Positions 25,149 through 38,700 of a stretch of DNA of 64,000 nt are shown piece after piece. The translations under genes and the position numbers were made by a program. Source of the stretch: Eledone cirrhosa (lineage: Eukaryota); NCBI GenBank assembly GCA_964016885.1, contig OZ024755.1, positions 496,001-560,000 of the forward strand, read 5' to 3'. The notes under the pieces are model-generated. The model was not told where the DNA came from and searched no databases. It saw only the letters and a list, made by a program, of their open reading frames with translations. Position 1 is the stretch's first letter. The number at the start of each line of letters is the position of its first letter.

Positions 25149-25520
25149 AACCCGGTTGATCTTCAGCTTAAGCATCAGTAGGTCAACAGCAGGGAAAACA
25201 TGGAGGAAATTTCAGAGGATTATCATTCTGGGGAAGAAGGACTGGAGAAAATGAGCTATGTGGTGGTGGTGGTGGGGTCTTGGGTTGTGACACACAGGTA
25301 TAATGAGATGAGAGATGAGTATTTCACATTGACCTAGGAGGAGGTGATATGTAATTCAGAGGCTGTTATTGTGGGTTGAGGAATGAATTGTTGGCAGTCT
25401 TTCATTGTGGTATAGAATGTGGGGGGAAGGGAGCAGATCCATAAAGGGCAAGCTAGAACACTGTTACATATTTCCAACTCCACTGCAACAAGTGTGATAC
25501 AACTCTCTCTGGACAAAACA
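25149..25520 (-). mobile_element. CR1/L2-type LINE 3' end fragment
   Basis: Minus strand reads HFLQSFFPRMIIL*NF..VFPAVDLLMLKLKINRVD, the typical SFFPR..LWN.LP C-terminus. Confidence 0.7.
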
Positions 25521-26834
25521 GTCTTTTCTCTGCGAAGTAATGTTCTAACATTTTAACAAAGTAATTAGATAAAATATTAGGCTGGCATACTTGTACAGAT
25601 AACATATAAATTAAGATTTTTAGGAAATTGGTGATTTAATACTGATAATGTACAGCTCAACAAATATAGACAGAATAGAGAAACAGATGTTATATAACAA
25701 TTATATTTTGACAAAGAACACATTGACAACATGTAGGATATAGTTGGCAATGGAAAATAAACACAGAGGCTGACCAAATATATCATTTATCTACAATGTA
25801 TAAGAAAATGATTATTTCATTGGGAGGGATTTATTTTTATCACCTAAATGTTCTTATAATAATGTAAAGCACAAGATGGAAGTCATTCCCAAATATGTAT
25901 GTTAGCCTATAGATTTATGTATTTTATGCAACCCAACATACAGTAGATTATCTGAAAACATTTTTACAAATTCTCAGTAAATTTTCTCTTGAATATTAAG
26001 CAATCTCAACATTTCTAAAGTGAGTAATTGTTAAATATCAAATGTTTAAACAAAGCCCAACTTCTTTTTTAGGCTATTTATGTTATGATAGATAAATAAT
26101 GAAAAAAAGTGATAAAAATCATTAAAAGTAATTAAAATTAATGATTTAAGATATATAAATGGGAAAATTATGTATAAATTAGAACAAGTTTTTCTCAACT
26201 GAGAGTATGAGTAATAATCTAGTGAAATATATAAAAAGAAAATGACACATTTAACCACATATTAGCAATTAACTATCACACAGTTTGTGAGTAAAAACCA
26301 AAATAACTACACTGTTTAACAAAAGACAAACTAAAACACACCAATGACCAAAACAAAAGACAAGCTAAAACACACCAATGACAGTTCTGAATTATTAACA
26401 TCTGTAAACATAAAAAAAATTTGACCGGATCACATTTATGAGAAGATTGTATTTCATAAACATTTGTAGTTACAATGAAATGATTATGATATTAAGCTAC
26501 ACACACACATTTTTTTCTTCTTCTTCACCCACTTATTTCTGGGAGGGTTATGGGGGAAGAGTTTTGAAGCAATCCTAGCAGAGTCCAAACAACCACCCCC
26601 AATGGATCCAGCTGGATCCCCAAGCAAGACCAGCTAAGCACACACATGTACATGACAAATGAATCAATTCAACAAGTCATGTTTGTATTTAACCAATTAG
26701 ATAAAATGTACTATTAGTGTCTCAGATGTACTATTAGTGTAACAAAGCAGGGAATGGGGACATATTTCAATAATATAAAGACACAGAAAGTTGTAATTAA
26801 AATAACAGAAAATAGTTGAAGCATATTACTGGCA

Positions 26835-26925
26835 TTTTTGCCTTTCATCCTTACGGGGTCGATAAAATAAAGTACCAGTAATTCACTGGGTAATTGCTGG
26901 CCTTGTGCCTAAAGTAGAAACAATT
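26835..26925 (+). mobile_element. 5'-truncated SINE family A
   Basis: tttgcctttcatccttacggggtcgataaaataaagtaccag..ggccttgtgcctaaagtagaaacaatt. Confidence 0.9.
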
Positions 26926-26979
26926 ATTTAACATTTATTCTTTTCAGAATAAATCTCACGCGTGTGTGTGTATATGTAT

Positions 26980-27014
<35 letters not shown>

Positions 27015-27085
27015 ATGTGATGGTTGTGTAAGACACAAGTAAGCACTACTTTGCTCATATTTTAATATATATATATATTATATAT

Positions 27086-27179
27086 ATAACAGATTAAAGT
27101 TTAAGCAAAGAATCGCTGCTTTCACTCTTAACATTAAGGGTGAAAGCAGCGATTCTTTGCTTAAACTTTAATCTGTTAT
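27086..27179. repeat. 94-bp near-perfect palindrome (46-bp arms, 2-nt spacer, 1 mismatch)
   Basis: ataacagattaaagtttaagcaaagaatcgctgctttcactcttaa-ca-ttaagggtgaaagcagcgattctttgcttaaactttaatctgttat. Confidence 0.98.
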
Positions 27180-28454
27180 TTTAATAAATATTTGCTCTAG
27201 GGATCTTATATATTTGATATATATTCATCCTTATCACGCCTACTTTGGATTTTAGTCTTCAAATTTATTATTATTATTACTATATATATATATACTGTAG
27301 TACAAACTTGGTATACATATCCAAGTGTTTTGAGCAGTCAGAAATTTCTTAAGTTCTTGGACTATTATTAAATCCCAGACAGTGCTACATGTTGATCAGG
27401 ATTACCTCCTCAGATGTTTTCCCAGTGGCTTGGAGACAATCCATAATACTACAGATGATGCAATAGTCTGGCTTACCAATCTCGATCTGTCTCTCTATTG
27501 TGTATATGTCATACAAGAAGAGGAAGAGGTGATTAAAGCACACTACATTTCATTTTATTATTTTTTAAATTAATTGAAAATCATAGGCAATGTTGTTTCA
27601 TTAGAAATATGATAATGAAAGAGTTAAGTAATGCAATTTTAACTCAAAATATTTATACAAGCAAATGTAATATTCTAAAATGTAGGAATGAAATATGATT
27701 GGTTGAATTTTGCTAACGCATGAGAAAGACAAAGAGACACCAACAAACTTTTTTTATTTAGTATTAACAAAAGTAATAACCAAGAAATACAAAATATATT
27801 TAACAAGGTGGGAAACAAATTATTTATCTTCACAAAATTTCTATAAAATCTAAAGATACTTGTATGCTGTATTATACTGCAATAACATATACCAGTTCCC
27901 AATTTGAAATCTGAATGCCAGCTAATTTTACAATGTTTTTAGATATTTGACAGAACAATGTACAATGAATATAGAAATCAAGAAGAATTCATAACTAGTT
28001 TTAAAGAAATTTCAATAATTTCTATTGTGTACTAGAAACATACAAACATACAAATGGTAAAGTAAATTCTAGAGAGAGATTGTTGATGCTCTTATCAAAT
28101 TTTAGTTTCAGTTAATATATGATATATATACACAGGCAATATATTATAAATTCATGAATAATGTAAATGTACATTTGATAATATACTCCTGACTTGAAAC
28201 TTCCATAGATTAAAACTTTTTTGGCCAAAAGCAAAATTAAAAAAATATTAACATTTATTCTGAGACATTTATCAAGTGGTTTAGGAATAAGACACACACA
28301 CACACACCTATATATACACACACATGTGTGTCTTATTTCAAAATGAAAGAGAGAGAGAAAGAGTATGAAGTAAGATATCGGTTAAAATTTCAGTATATAT
28401 CATTGACAATTCCAGTCAGAGAATTAATTATAATTAGAAACTCACAAATACTAT

Positions 28455-28640
28455 ATCCTTTTTGAAATCAAACTGCCTGAAACTGCTCTTTTAAATTTTA
28501 ACGTTTTTATATTTAGCTAAAAACCTTTTAACATAATTTTATGTAAAACCATTTGTTATGTTCCAAACACGAGTGTAACTAACTCATTACCATATTTCTG
28601 ATGAAAGACACTATGTAATTTTTAATCAAGAATTTGGAAA
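28455..28640. mobile_element. piggyBac-like MITE fragments in both orientations
   Basis: atcctttttgaaatcaaactgcctgaaactg.. then attaccatatttctgatgaaagacac. Confidence 0.6.
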
Positions 28641-28689
28641 GATTATTTTGGAGTTTTGGAACATTAAGTAACAAAAATTCTTAAATACT

Positions 28690-28835
28690 AGACTTCTACT
28701 TTATTGCATCAGCCTTGAAAGAATAAAAGGTAAAGTTGACTGTGACAGGACTTGAACCCAAAAAGCAGAGAGCCAGAAAAAATACCACAAACCATTCTAT
28801 CAAACATTCTAATGACTGCCGGGTTCACTTCCTTT
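28690..28835 (-). mobile_element. SINE family A
   Basis: tactttatt..aaaggtaaagttgac..ggacttgaacc..cattctatc.aacattctaa. Confidence 0.65.
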
Positions 28836-29714
28836 AGAAATTATACGGAATGCTTTTTATCATGGCACCAGCACTAAAAAGATTGTTAAGTTCTCAACAG
28901 GACTCATCTAAACTTTACATTGCTTTTATATCTATCAGTAGGAACGGTGCATAAGAAATGGAACCACTGTTTATGTAAAGCATTTTTTTTCGTTTTAAGA
29001 AATGAATTATGGATTTCTGTTTTGTATTGTATTTTTAAAGATATCTTAATAAAGATAAACACAGACAGAGGTAATGAAAATTTAATTTATTTTGGTGAAG
29101 TCCAATTAGGAATCAACTAAAATTAAAATGTTCTTTTGTGAATAACTGTGCTTGTTATTTCTGAAATAATTTTCATCAAAATTATATTTTTAATATTTAA
29201 AACATAATTTCTAGAAATACCATTGGTTGTCTGCTTTCGGGCAATAAAATATTCGAGGGAGGGGGAGGGGGTAGTTTTCTTTATTAAATTTTAAATTTAA
29301 TTCCTAGAAATAAAGCATACACTAGTTTCCTTTTACAGAATCCTTGTAACTTCATAAGAAGCAGGAAAAAAATTAACTTGTAAGATTATTCAGGATATTT
29401 GAAAATATCGATTTCTATATTTGCTTTAAATTCTTAAATTTTTTGAAAATTTAGAAGAAATAGAAAGAAAAAAAAGTCATAAAAACAAAAGATGATAAAT
29501 GGAAAATTAATAAAATAAGAGAAGAAAATGAGAAATTGATATAATGAAAGATTAACTGAATAAAGTCCTTTACATTATATAACTATCTATTTCAATGTTG
29601 TGACTCCTTTCCTACCATAAGACGGTTCTTTATATTATACAACTATCTATTCCAATGTTCTAATATAGTTAACTCCTTTTCGACAGTTCTTTATAAAATC
29701 CTTTATATTATATA

Positions 29715-29830
29715 AGGCTGGAGACCACTTGGCCTGTCTTGGAAGTCAGTAGCCACTACTTCAGTACTGATTTGGTCTATGTGGACCTGTTCAGCCCTTA
29801 CTAGCAGGGAAAGCAAACATTAAATGATGC
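29715..29830 (+). mobile_element. short RTE-type 3' end
   Basis: Matches 7180-7292. Confidence 0.7.
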
Positions 29831-30542
29831 CAGTCATAAGTGTATTGCTCCTATCATTGGGGGGGGGGGGGGGGGGGGGGGGTACAGACATTTATAATTT
29901 TGGAATAAAAATAACCAATTTTCTGACAAAATCTTTTTAGAGGCATGCAACTGTACCTCCCACACACCCCCAGCAATACATCATTGATGGCAGTATAAGG
30001 GTTAAACTAAGATAGTGAATAGTATAACAAAATGTCTATTACTGACTCCATTATCTATGTAATACAAATGTCTGAATTTACAGCTCTAGCTGACAGGCAA
30101 ATACTTCCAAATAGTACATTTGAATATCTGAGTGATGCCATACAGAAACAAACTTTACTAACAAATTTATTTTATTTCCTTACTTATCCACGTGCTTCAT
30201 TTGTTTTCTGTGGTATAAAGGCTAAAATGATTTTTCAGCAGACAATTCTACAAAGCCTCAATTGTATTGTGCTAGAAGTATTCTAGAACAGTATTGGACA
30301 TATGTTGAATAATAATCAATATAGCCTAAAACAACAACAAATTACAAAACTCACACTGTCAGCAGTAAATTGTTTATAAAATGGCAGGTTTTTTACCATT
30401 AAATCCCTCATCAATGATAATTATCACCAAAAATAACTTCAACCTATCCATTCAGGACAATGATACAAAACTTGCTGATAGTCACCTGGTACTACGGTTA
30501 AAAACTGCTTGTTTTAAAATGTTTATATTTATGTTTACCAGT

Positions 30543-30800
30543 GAAGGTGTGTGGCTGAGTGGTTAAGGAATTGGATTCAGAATCATGAGGTTGAGAGTTT
30601 GATTCCTGAACCTGGTGATGTGTTATGTCCTTGAGCAAGACACTTTATTTCAGGCTGCTCTTTCTGCCAAGAGTTGTGATTAGTAGATAGTATCAGCAAT
30701 TTGAAAGACCAATGGAAACCGTTTTCTTGGTCCGATTTGATGAGCTCCACCCCACTCAGCAAGCGAAAGAACCCCATGGTGAGAATAATCAATCCTGTCA
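30543..30800 (+). mobile_element. tRNA-derived SINE family C (CORE/V-like tgtccttgagcaagacact segment)
   Basis: gaaggtgtgtggctgagtggttaag head; matches 53818. Confidence 0.85.
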
Positions 30801-31090
30801 TGGAGGTTACAAGGCTTACTCCTAATTTAGCTGGGAAATTGGCCCTAGAATAAATAAGCTTGTTATGGTTATGGGAATCATTGCAGTGGTGCACAATAAT
30901 ATCTAGAATCTCTAAAGAACAAATAAGAAAATTGCTGAAAAAAAAAAATTACTGGCAACTATTCAAATTCCTTCTGAATCATAAAATATACAACAAATCC
31001 ATATCTAAAGCAATTAACAAGAGTCAACAATTCCAAAAATACTGCAATAACATGAAATAACGTATTTTCTACATCAAACAAATATTGCTT

Positions 31091-31350
31091 ATTAACCCTT
31101 TTACTAAACTACTTCAAACTGTCCTCACTATGATACAAAGTTGTTTATTTTAAACTGTTTGTATTTATCTAGTAAACCTTTCACCATTATAATATGTATG
31201 AACCTTTGTTAAGTTATGTTCTAAACAATATTTTAGTAATGAGAAAAGTTAACTATATTACTAAATACTGCCATAAAAATAAAAAATAAATTTTTAAATG
31301 ATTTGAAAATCATAGGCAGTGTCTTAGAAATATGGTAATGAAAAGATTAA
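31091..31350 (-). mobile_element. piggyBac-like MITE, complete
   Basis: TTAA-ccctttt ... ggtaatgaaaaga-TTAA. Confidence 0.8.
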
Positions 31351-31374
31351 GTACTTCAAAAGTCATCCTTGAAG

Positions 31375-31545
31375 CCAGATAAACCTACATAGGTGTGGGC
31401 TGTAACAACATGATAGGATTGGGGCCCATATCTGATGAGATACAACCTTGTAGGAATCCAGATAAACCTACATAGGTGTGGGCTGTAATCATTTAACTGA
31501 TAAAAGACATTTGTTGTAGTGCACTTGAGCACTGTACACAATCTA
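31375..31545 (+). repeat. ~30-bp direct repeat followed by an L2-like tail
   Basis: ccagataaacctacataggtgtgggctgtaa twice; then gtagtgcacttgagcactgta. Confidence 0.6.
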
Positions 31546-32199
31546 TTATCATTGCAGCCACAGTCGAACATTCCTCAAAGTCTCTACAATTCACTGTTGC
31601 TCCTAGCAACTGCTCCCTATTGAGGTTTGTATCTTCAGAGTTGATCGATGAAAGTTTAAACAAGTCTTCTTGAATTTTTATTAGAAAGTTAAAATTTAAA
31701 TAACAGACTTACTCTGACTTATTACAATATAACAAATAAGAAAAAAAGATTGACGAGAAACCTAAAAATATCAAAGTAAAATCAAGTTGATAAAAATGTG
31801 AAACTGCTATTGAAAGTTACCAAACTATATCCAAGAAACTTTTTACTAAATAAAAAATAACAGAAAAAATGAAATTCAACACAGTAAAAGTCACATTATG
31901 AAGCAGAATATTCCATGTTGAGAAGCAAGAAGTAAATTTGTCAATGTCCCATCTTGTATATTTTCCTTAAGAAACAAAATATGAATATTTAAGATAGAGA
32001 ATTCCTTACATCTATATACATAGTTTCATGTGTGTACACAATAGCTGAACACTACATGGTCAAGTGTAAATCTACAACCAAAACTAAAAAGGAAAACTGG
32101 AAAAAGAAACAAAAGAGTAATCTAATGGAATATATTATATATATATATATATATCAAAGCTCCATTTTATTAAAAGTCTAAGTAGTAATGCAAACCAAG

Positions 32200-32950
32200 T
32201 AAAGAAAGAAAGAGAGAAGGAAAGAGAAGGAAAGAGAGAAGGAAAGAGAGAAGGAAAGAGAAGGAAAGAAAGAGAGAAAGAGAGAAAGAGAGAAAGAGAG
32301 AAAGAGAGAAAGAGAGAAAGAGAGAAAAAGAATGAAAGAAAGAAAGATGGAAAATAAGAAAGAGTGAGAGAAAGAAAGAAAGATGGAAAATAAGAAAGAG
32401 TGAGAGAAAATATATTAATAATAAAGTAAGAAAGCAAAATATAAATTTTTCTCAGTGAAGAGAAGATGTGAGCTAAAAGCATTAAGTAAGAGGCTAGATG
32501 GTAAATGGAAGAGAGCCAATATGATGCAGTCTGTTAATATATTAAAGCTACCTATTCTTAGCCATAGAAGGAATCTCAATACAATATGATATTGATCTGT
32601 TGGAGGTAAGAAGAGCAGAGAAGAGCTGTACTGAACAGCTGTAGTTTAAACAGCAGCCATAACTATTGTAGTGTTACTACTGGAGAGGAGGGGGGAAGGA
32701 GAGGAGGGGGGAAGGAGAGAAGGGGGGGGGGGAGAAGAAGCAGCAGGAGAATAACAGCAACGAGGAGGAGGAATGAGACAAGAAGAAAAAGAGGAAAGAG
32801 AAGAGGAAAAGGAAGGAGAATGACAAAAAGGAGGAGGAATGAAAGGAGAGGGGGAGGAGGAATGAAAGGAGAGGGGGAGGAGGAATGAAAGGAGAGGGGG
32901 AGGAGGAATGAAAGGAGAGGGGGAGGAGGAATGAAAGGAGGGGGAGGAGG
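32200..32950. repeat. purine-rich low-complexity tracts including a 23-bp unit ggaggaggaatgaaaggagaggg
   Basis: Directly visible at 32200-32410 and 32680-32950. Confidence 0.9.
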
Positions 32951-33320
32951 GATATTTCTCAATTAATACAAGTAAAAGAGAACAGCAAATAAATCTAAAA
33001 ACAAAGATAAAGGCCAAGAAAATAAAATGAGATATTAAAATTATAAAGCAAGAGATAGTATGTGATCATTTTTATTGTATTTCAAGTTATCTGTTCATAA
33101 ATATTTCATGGGAGAGATTTTAAAGAAATCTCGTACAGGCAACAAAATATAATTATGTCTGATATTAATGTAGCTGTAATCATATCGTTAATAACATCAT
33201 CCTCATGTTTCTCATGTTGGCATTGGATGGATAAAACCTTGTGAGGAAACATTTTACAGCAGAAGATACTCTTCCTGGTGCCAATCCTAACTCGGGCATT
33301 TATTATTATTATTATTATTA

Positions 33321-33505
33321 TGGATTGGCAGTATCGGTAGAGGGTTGGACGCCATGCTTTGATGCATAGAGTTATGGCCCTTGCCATTCTGATTTCAAAT
33401 CTCGCCAAGGCTAACTTTGCCTTTCATCCTTATGGGGGTCGATAAAATAAAGTACCAGTAATGCACTGGGATAATTGCTGGCCTTGTGCCAAAGTAGAAA
33501 CAATT
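33321..33505 (+). mobile_element. SINE family A, young copy inside (TTA)n
   Basis: Near-identical to 2088 and 44228. Confidence 0.9.
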
Positions 33506-33784
33506 ATTATTATTATTATTATTATTATGAAATGGAGACTGAGAAGTGAGATTTCTGTTTATGTGGAACATAATCAAATATAACTGCCAGCAATATCAAA
33601 TGCAAAGAGAAGAGATAAATAAACACATATCTTCATCGTTTTAACATCTACTTTCCTTGCTAGCAAGGGTTGGACGGGTCTACATAGACCAAGTCAGTAC
33701 TGAAGCAGGGATACTGACTTGGAACATGAAGAATTAAATTAATATTTTAACACTGAAGAACAATTGATAAAGTGTTTCCATTTC

Positions 33785-34028
33785 ATTTTTAATGTGTTGG
33801 ATGTCAAACAGCCTGAAACTGGTTCTATGATACAAAACTGTTTGATTGAAAATGTTTATATTTACCTAAAACTAATTTTATGCAAGAACCTTTAAGTTAT
33901 AATCCAAATGTCAGCTCAATAATGAAAAAGTTATTTTACTAAATCCTTCAAATTCTCGATTATTTTCACAATTAATTGAAAATCATGTCCTGTGTCTTTT
34001 ATTAGATATATGGTAATACAAGGGTTAA
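33785..34028 (-). mobile_element. piggyBac-like MITE
   Basis: Ends ggtaatacaagggTTAA. Confidence 0.8.
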
Positions 34029-34256
34029 AATAAAACTGGGAATTTGTTAGTTTTAGAGGAGATGAGGGAATTTTTGAACACAACACTAAAGTAAACAATG
34101 ACTAACAACAAATGTTGAATCAAGATTGTATTTCATTTTAATTCCATAAAAATAAACATTTCCAACTGATCAAAAGTCAACTCTCTTCTCACACACACAA
34201 AAATGTGGACACATAAACATACAAAATATACATAGAGATATTTATCAGGGAACTTG

Positions 34257-34514
34257 CCGTATTTGATGGCTTATAAGATGCACTTTTCCCCCCCCTCAAA
34301 AAATGTCCCAGAAAATCACCCTGCATTCAAGGGTCAGTTTGAGTTACTGAAGTTCTAGCGCTACAATGGCCCTTGAATTAAATTTTCACACTTCCTTGAT
34401 TTAACAATGTACTAAAATATAATTAGAGTCACAATGTAGAATTATTAAAAATAAATACCATGTCAAACTTTATACCCTTCACCTGAGATGCATCTTATAA
34501 GCCATCAAATATGG
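34257..34514. mobile_element. Tc2-like (MER104-type) MITE
   Basis: TIR ccgtatttgatggcttataagatgca / tgcatcttataagccatcaaatatgg. Confidence 0.85.
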
Positions 34515-35150
34515 CATCTAGATTATGAAAATGACTTTTCTTGTTACTAATAACTAGACATTAAGAAATACTAGTGGTTCTGTATGCTAATATGTTTTTT
34601 TAAATCAGTGAAGAAAGAAAGAAAAACATATTTAAACAGGAAACATTACAAATATTGACAGTGTTTTAGGACATATATCATTTTCAAAACAAATCAGAGG
34701 TGACATATTGATGCTAATGTTAACTTGTGGATTTATAAGTATAAAAAATATTGGATGACTTTGCAGTTGACTCAGCAACTCAAATACCAGTTAATCAAGA
34801 TATAGATAACAGCTTGCATCAGAGAACTGAGCACCTAGGATGGTTTATGCCAGTTTGGCATGTATTTTACATAATATATATACTAAGACATTAGTGGAGA
34901 GGGGAATAGGTCAGAGTTGAAACCCTGATGTTGGGGAAACAATCATTAAATGTATTTCTGTGGTCTATCATAAAAGAGGAATTCGTGTGAATATTTTTAG
35001 TTTTATATAATAAGTAGTCTTATCTTAGACCAGGAAACAGCTGCTATGTTACCACCTTACATTAGTAGACTTCCCAATGGGGAATCTAAGAAATAGTCCT
35101 CTTTCATCTCCACTACAGTGAAAGACCAGGTGAGATAATTACAATCTTAC

Positions 35151-35162
35151 TGGAAAGTACAC
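35151..35162 (-). CDS. possible 12-nt microexon
   Basis: ggtttatttttcTAG|GTGTACTTTCCA|GTAAGA. Confidence 0.25.
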
Positions 35163-35180
35163 CTAGAAAAATAAACCAAG

Positions 35181-35218
<38 letters not shown>

Positions 35219-36249
35219 TGTACTTATGTTTGGAAAAAAGAAATAAACAGCCCAATAAACAAAGAAAAACACAAAAAAAATTCTAGATATAAAGATTAAG
35301 CAAAATGTTTTACAAAATATTTGTATAGCATATGGAGGTGACCAAAACAAAGAGTTTCCTTCACTTCTTTAATTTCTTTCTTTCCAACAACTTACAGGAA
35401 ACAAACAAAAAAAGATTAAATATAATGGAAATAAAAATATCTTACATTGAAATTCAGCTTAGATTTAAAAAAAAAAAAAAAAAGTAAAGTAAGTACTTAT
35501 CTACAGAAAAAAAAAGGGTTTTTAAAAATATTTTTTTCAGTGATCACCGACCGAGTCACATCACACGCACATATGTATTCATAGACTTGTCTAGCTAGAT
35601 GTTCACACAGTAACAACTGTAAACTGGTAAACAGTTTTAAAAGAAAAAAAATAACACCTAGAAGGCTTTTATTCTTAATATTATTTATGGTTACAACACT
35701 CAGGACAAGATCAAAGAATATCTCGCAAGATTTTCAATGAGAATATAAAAATAAGATATAAAATGGAATAAAAAGAAATACAAAAATAGAATTGCTTCGA
35801 AAGGCAATATCAGTTTTAAAGATAAACATGACTTTCTGTATGAAGAAGAAAAATAAAAATCGTTTAAAAAACAAAACAAAAAAAAAACAAACATCATTTG
35901 TAGCCCAGGATGTTTTTCTCTCCCCCTCTCTCTTTTAAAGTTGACTTTATTATATTGAAGTGTTTACAGAATGGAATACTAAGCCCCAGAGTCATTTGAA
36001 CTCAGAAATACGATTCAAGAAATTAAACATTGTAAAACATCAAATGTTATTAAAATTAGGAGACTATTAATAGCAAACAGAATTGGAAGAAATGAAGACC
36101 CCCCCCCCCCCCCCCCCAAAAAAAAAAACGAAGACATCTGTGGCTAGATGAAGAATTTGTCAGACTTAAAAATAAAATATGGTGAATGTATAAGGACAGT
36201 GGAAAAAACACCAAGGTAATGAATGACCCATGGTATTTTAATCATATTT

Positions 36250-36580
36250 ACATAGAATTTTGAAGTTAGTGAAAATCAACAAAATATTGACCTCGAATAT
36301 AAGCTGACTATCTGCTATCATTGATTTTTCTGTCACATATTCCTCAGCTTATATTCGAGTATATATGGTAGTTTAGAAAATAATGCAGAATTTTGAAGAA
36401 TTTGTTAATATCAATGTAATAAACTCCTTATTAATCTAATGTTTGGAACATCACTTAACAAAGACACACAAAATTATGATGAAAGGTTTTTAGATATATA
36501 AACACTTTAAAACAAACAGTTTTTTTTTAATCTTATAAACCTCGGAGTAGTTTCAGATAGTATAACATCAAAAAGTTTAA
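36250..36580. mobile_element. Tc2-like MITE end abutting a piggyBac-like MITE
   Basis: ctcagcttatattcgagtatatatgg-ta at about 36370, then family sequence ending caaaaagtttaa. Confidence 0.7.
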
Positions 36581-37089
36581 GATGTGTCATAACAGAGTTT
36601 TACTGTTTGAAATATTGACATTCAAGTAAACAGTTATTTTTTCTGATTGAATATTATCAATAATAGTGTGAAGAATGTTCAGAGATTGTTAAGCCATGCA
36701 TTTGTTGAAGTTGTCTTATTTTTGTTACTTTTCTTAAAAAAGTTTTTCTTATTCTTTTGCCATGTATTTTATTTGAACAAATGTTGTTGATTATAGGTTT
36801 CCAATGAACCAATTACTGGTTCATTGCATCCCTGGTGGAGAGAATGAGTAGAGGTGTTTGTTTGTTCACTCATCCTGTACCACATGAAACAGCATTAGTA
36901 AGACATTCTTGAAAAAATATAAAATAGCAATATGGCTGACTACATCACATTAACAGTTGCAGTTCTTATTGCAATATTTCACAATGATCTGTCATGTAGT
37001 AAAGATACTAAGGTATGGTCTTGTAACCCCTAAAGGAGTTGTTAAGGCACCACCATATTGATATACAGCATTTCTTGGCCATTTTGTAA

Positions 37090-37340
37090 CCTGCTGGAAC
37101 TCATCTCCTCTCCAGGTCTGAACACAGCATATTTCTTCCAAAGAAGGATAGAGAGTGAGAGAAAGAGATATAGAGGCAGTATCGCCCCCAGTACTAGACT
37201 AGTACTTTATTTACCGACCATGAGTGGATGAGAGGTAAAGTTGACCTTGGTGGGATTTGAACTGAAAGAGCAGAGACTTGGAATGAATAATGGAAAACTC
37301 TATCCAATGTTCTAATGGCTCAGACAATTTATCGCTTAAA
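37090..37340 (-). mobile_element. SINE family A, long-tail variant
   Basis: Matches 63015-63235. Confidence 0.8.
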
Positions 37341-38519
37341 GATACAATAAATATTTCAATTAACATAAACACCCTTTTGGATACTTTCTGTTAAATCATT
37401 AAAACATCTTAAGAGTTAAAATCTATACCTCATTAACCAAAACGGCTCTTGTGATAAACTCTGGAAGCTTGTTTCAAATTCTTGTGGTCAAGGGCAGAAA
37501 ACTTCTATTCAGTGTTGGAGTTTTGGCATTGAATGTTAAGAGGCCATATGCAGGTATGAATGTACTGGCTCTTGTAAAACAGCAACTTTTCATATTACAA
37601 CAGTAACATTGTTTTATGTTTTGGTGGGTTGTCACCTGAGTACAGCAACTTGTAGAGAACAGAAACAATGAAAGTTAGCTCTAAGCTTGTTGACAACCAT
37701 TTGTCTATTATTGATTTGTCCTTATAGATACTTCTTATTGTTTTCTTAAACCCTTAATACACAGTCTTCAAAGGTAAACCTTTAATGTATTTCATTGTTT
37801 TTTATTTTTACTTTTAGAAGCAACAATTTGTATTACAAATAAGTAACAAACAAAAATAGTTAGCATAGGAGAAGAAAAGAAAACCCAAATCATTTTATGT
37901 AAATAAAATTCTGATATAAAAGAAAATACTTCGTTTTAACATTGATCCTTGCTCAGTTTTGATTTATGGAAGCCATTATTTAGAACAATGGACATGAACA
38001 AATTATTCTCTTTGACGTACTTGATAATAACCTCATTCTAAGAGCACTCTCTCTCTCTGAAACTCTCTCTCCCTCCCAATCTCTCTCAACAGAAGAATAA
38101 TGACAGATTTCATATTTATATTTGCACTCAAAATAGCTTTTTGGAAATAGCACCCTTCTAATTTATAGAATTTATGGTAGTTTTAAATGTTATATATATA
38201 TAATATATATAATGTGTGCAAGTGTGTACACACTCACACACACATATCTGATAATCTCCAGCTATGCCTATAATATTGTATTTCTCTTTTGTTTTTTTTT
38301 TCATCAGATCCTTAGAGAGAAATTTTCAAACTTTAATAGGAAATACATGAAAGATGAAAACGTTTAAAGAAAGAAAGAAAAGCAATTTGTTTTTTGCAGC
38401 AGTGATGCAATGCTGCAATGAAATGACAAGTGATGCACATCATTACAGATTTCCAATTTCCTTTATTTTAAAACCTCTACATTAGACTATTCTAATTTAA
38501 CAAATGGGATTTGAAAAAA

Positions 38520-38669
38520 ATGTATATATATATACATATATATGTGTGTATATATATATATATGGATATATATATATATGTGTGTGTGTGTATATATATA
38601 TATATATGTGTGTATATATATTTATACACATATATTTATACGCACATATATATATATATACCCACACAC

Positions 38670-38700
<31 letters not shown>

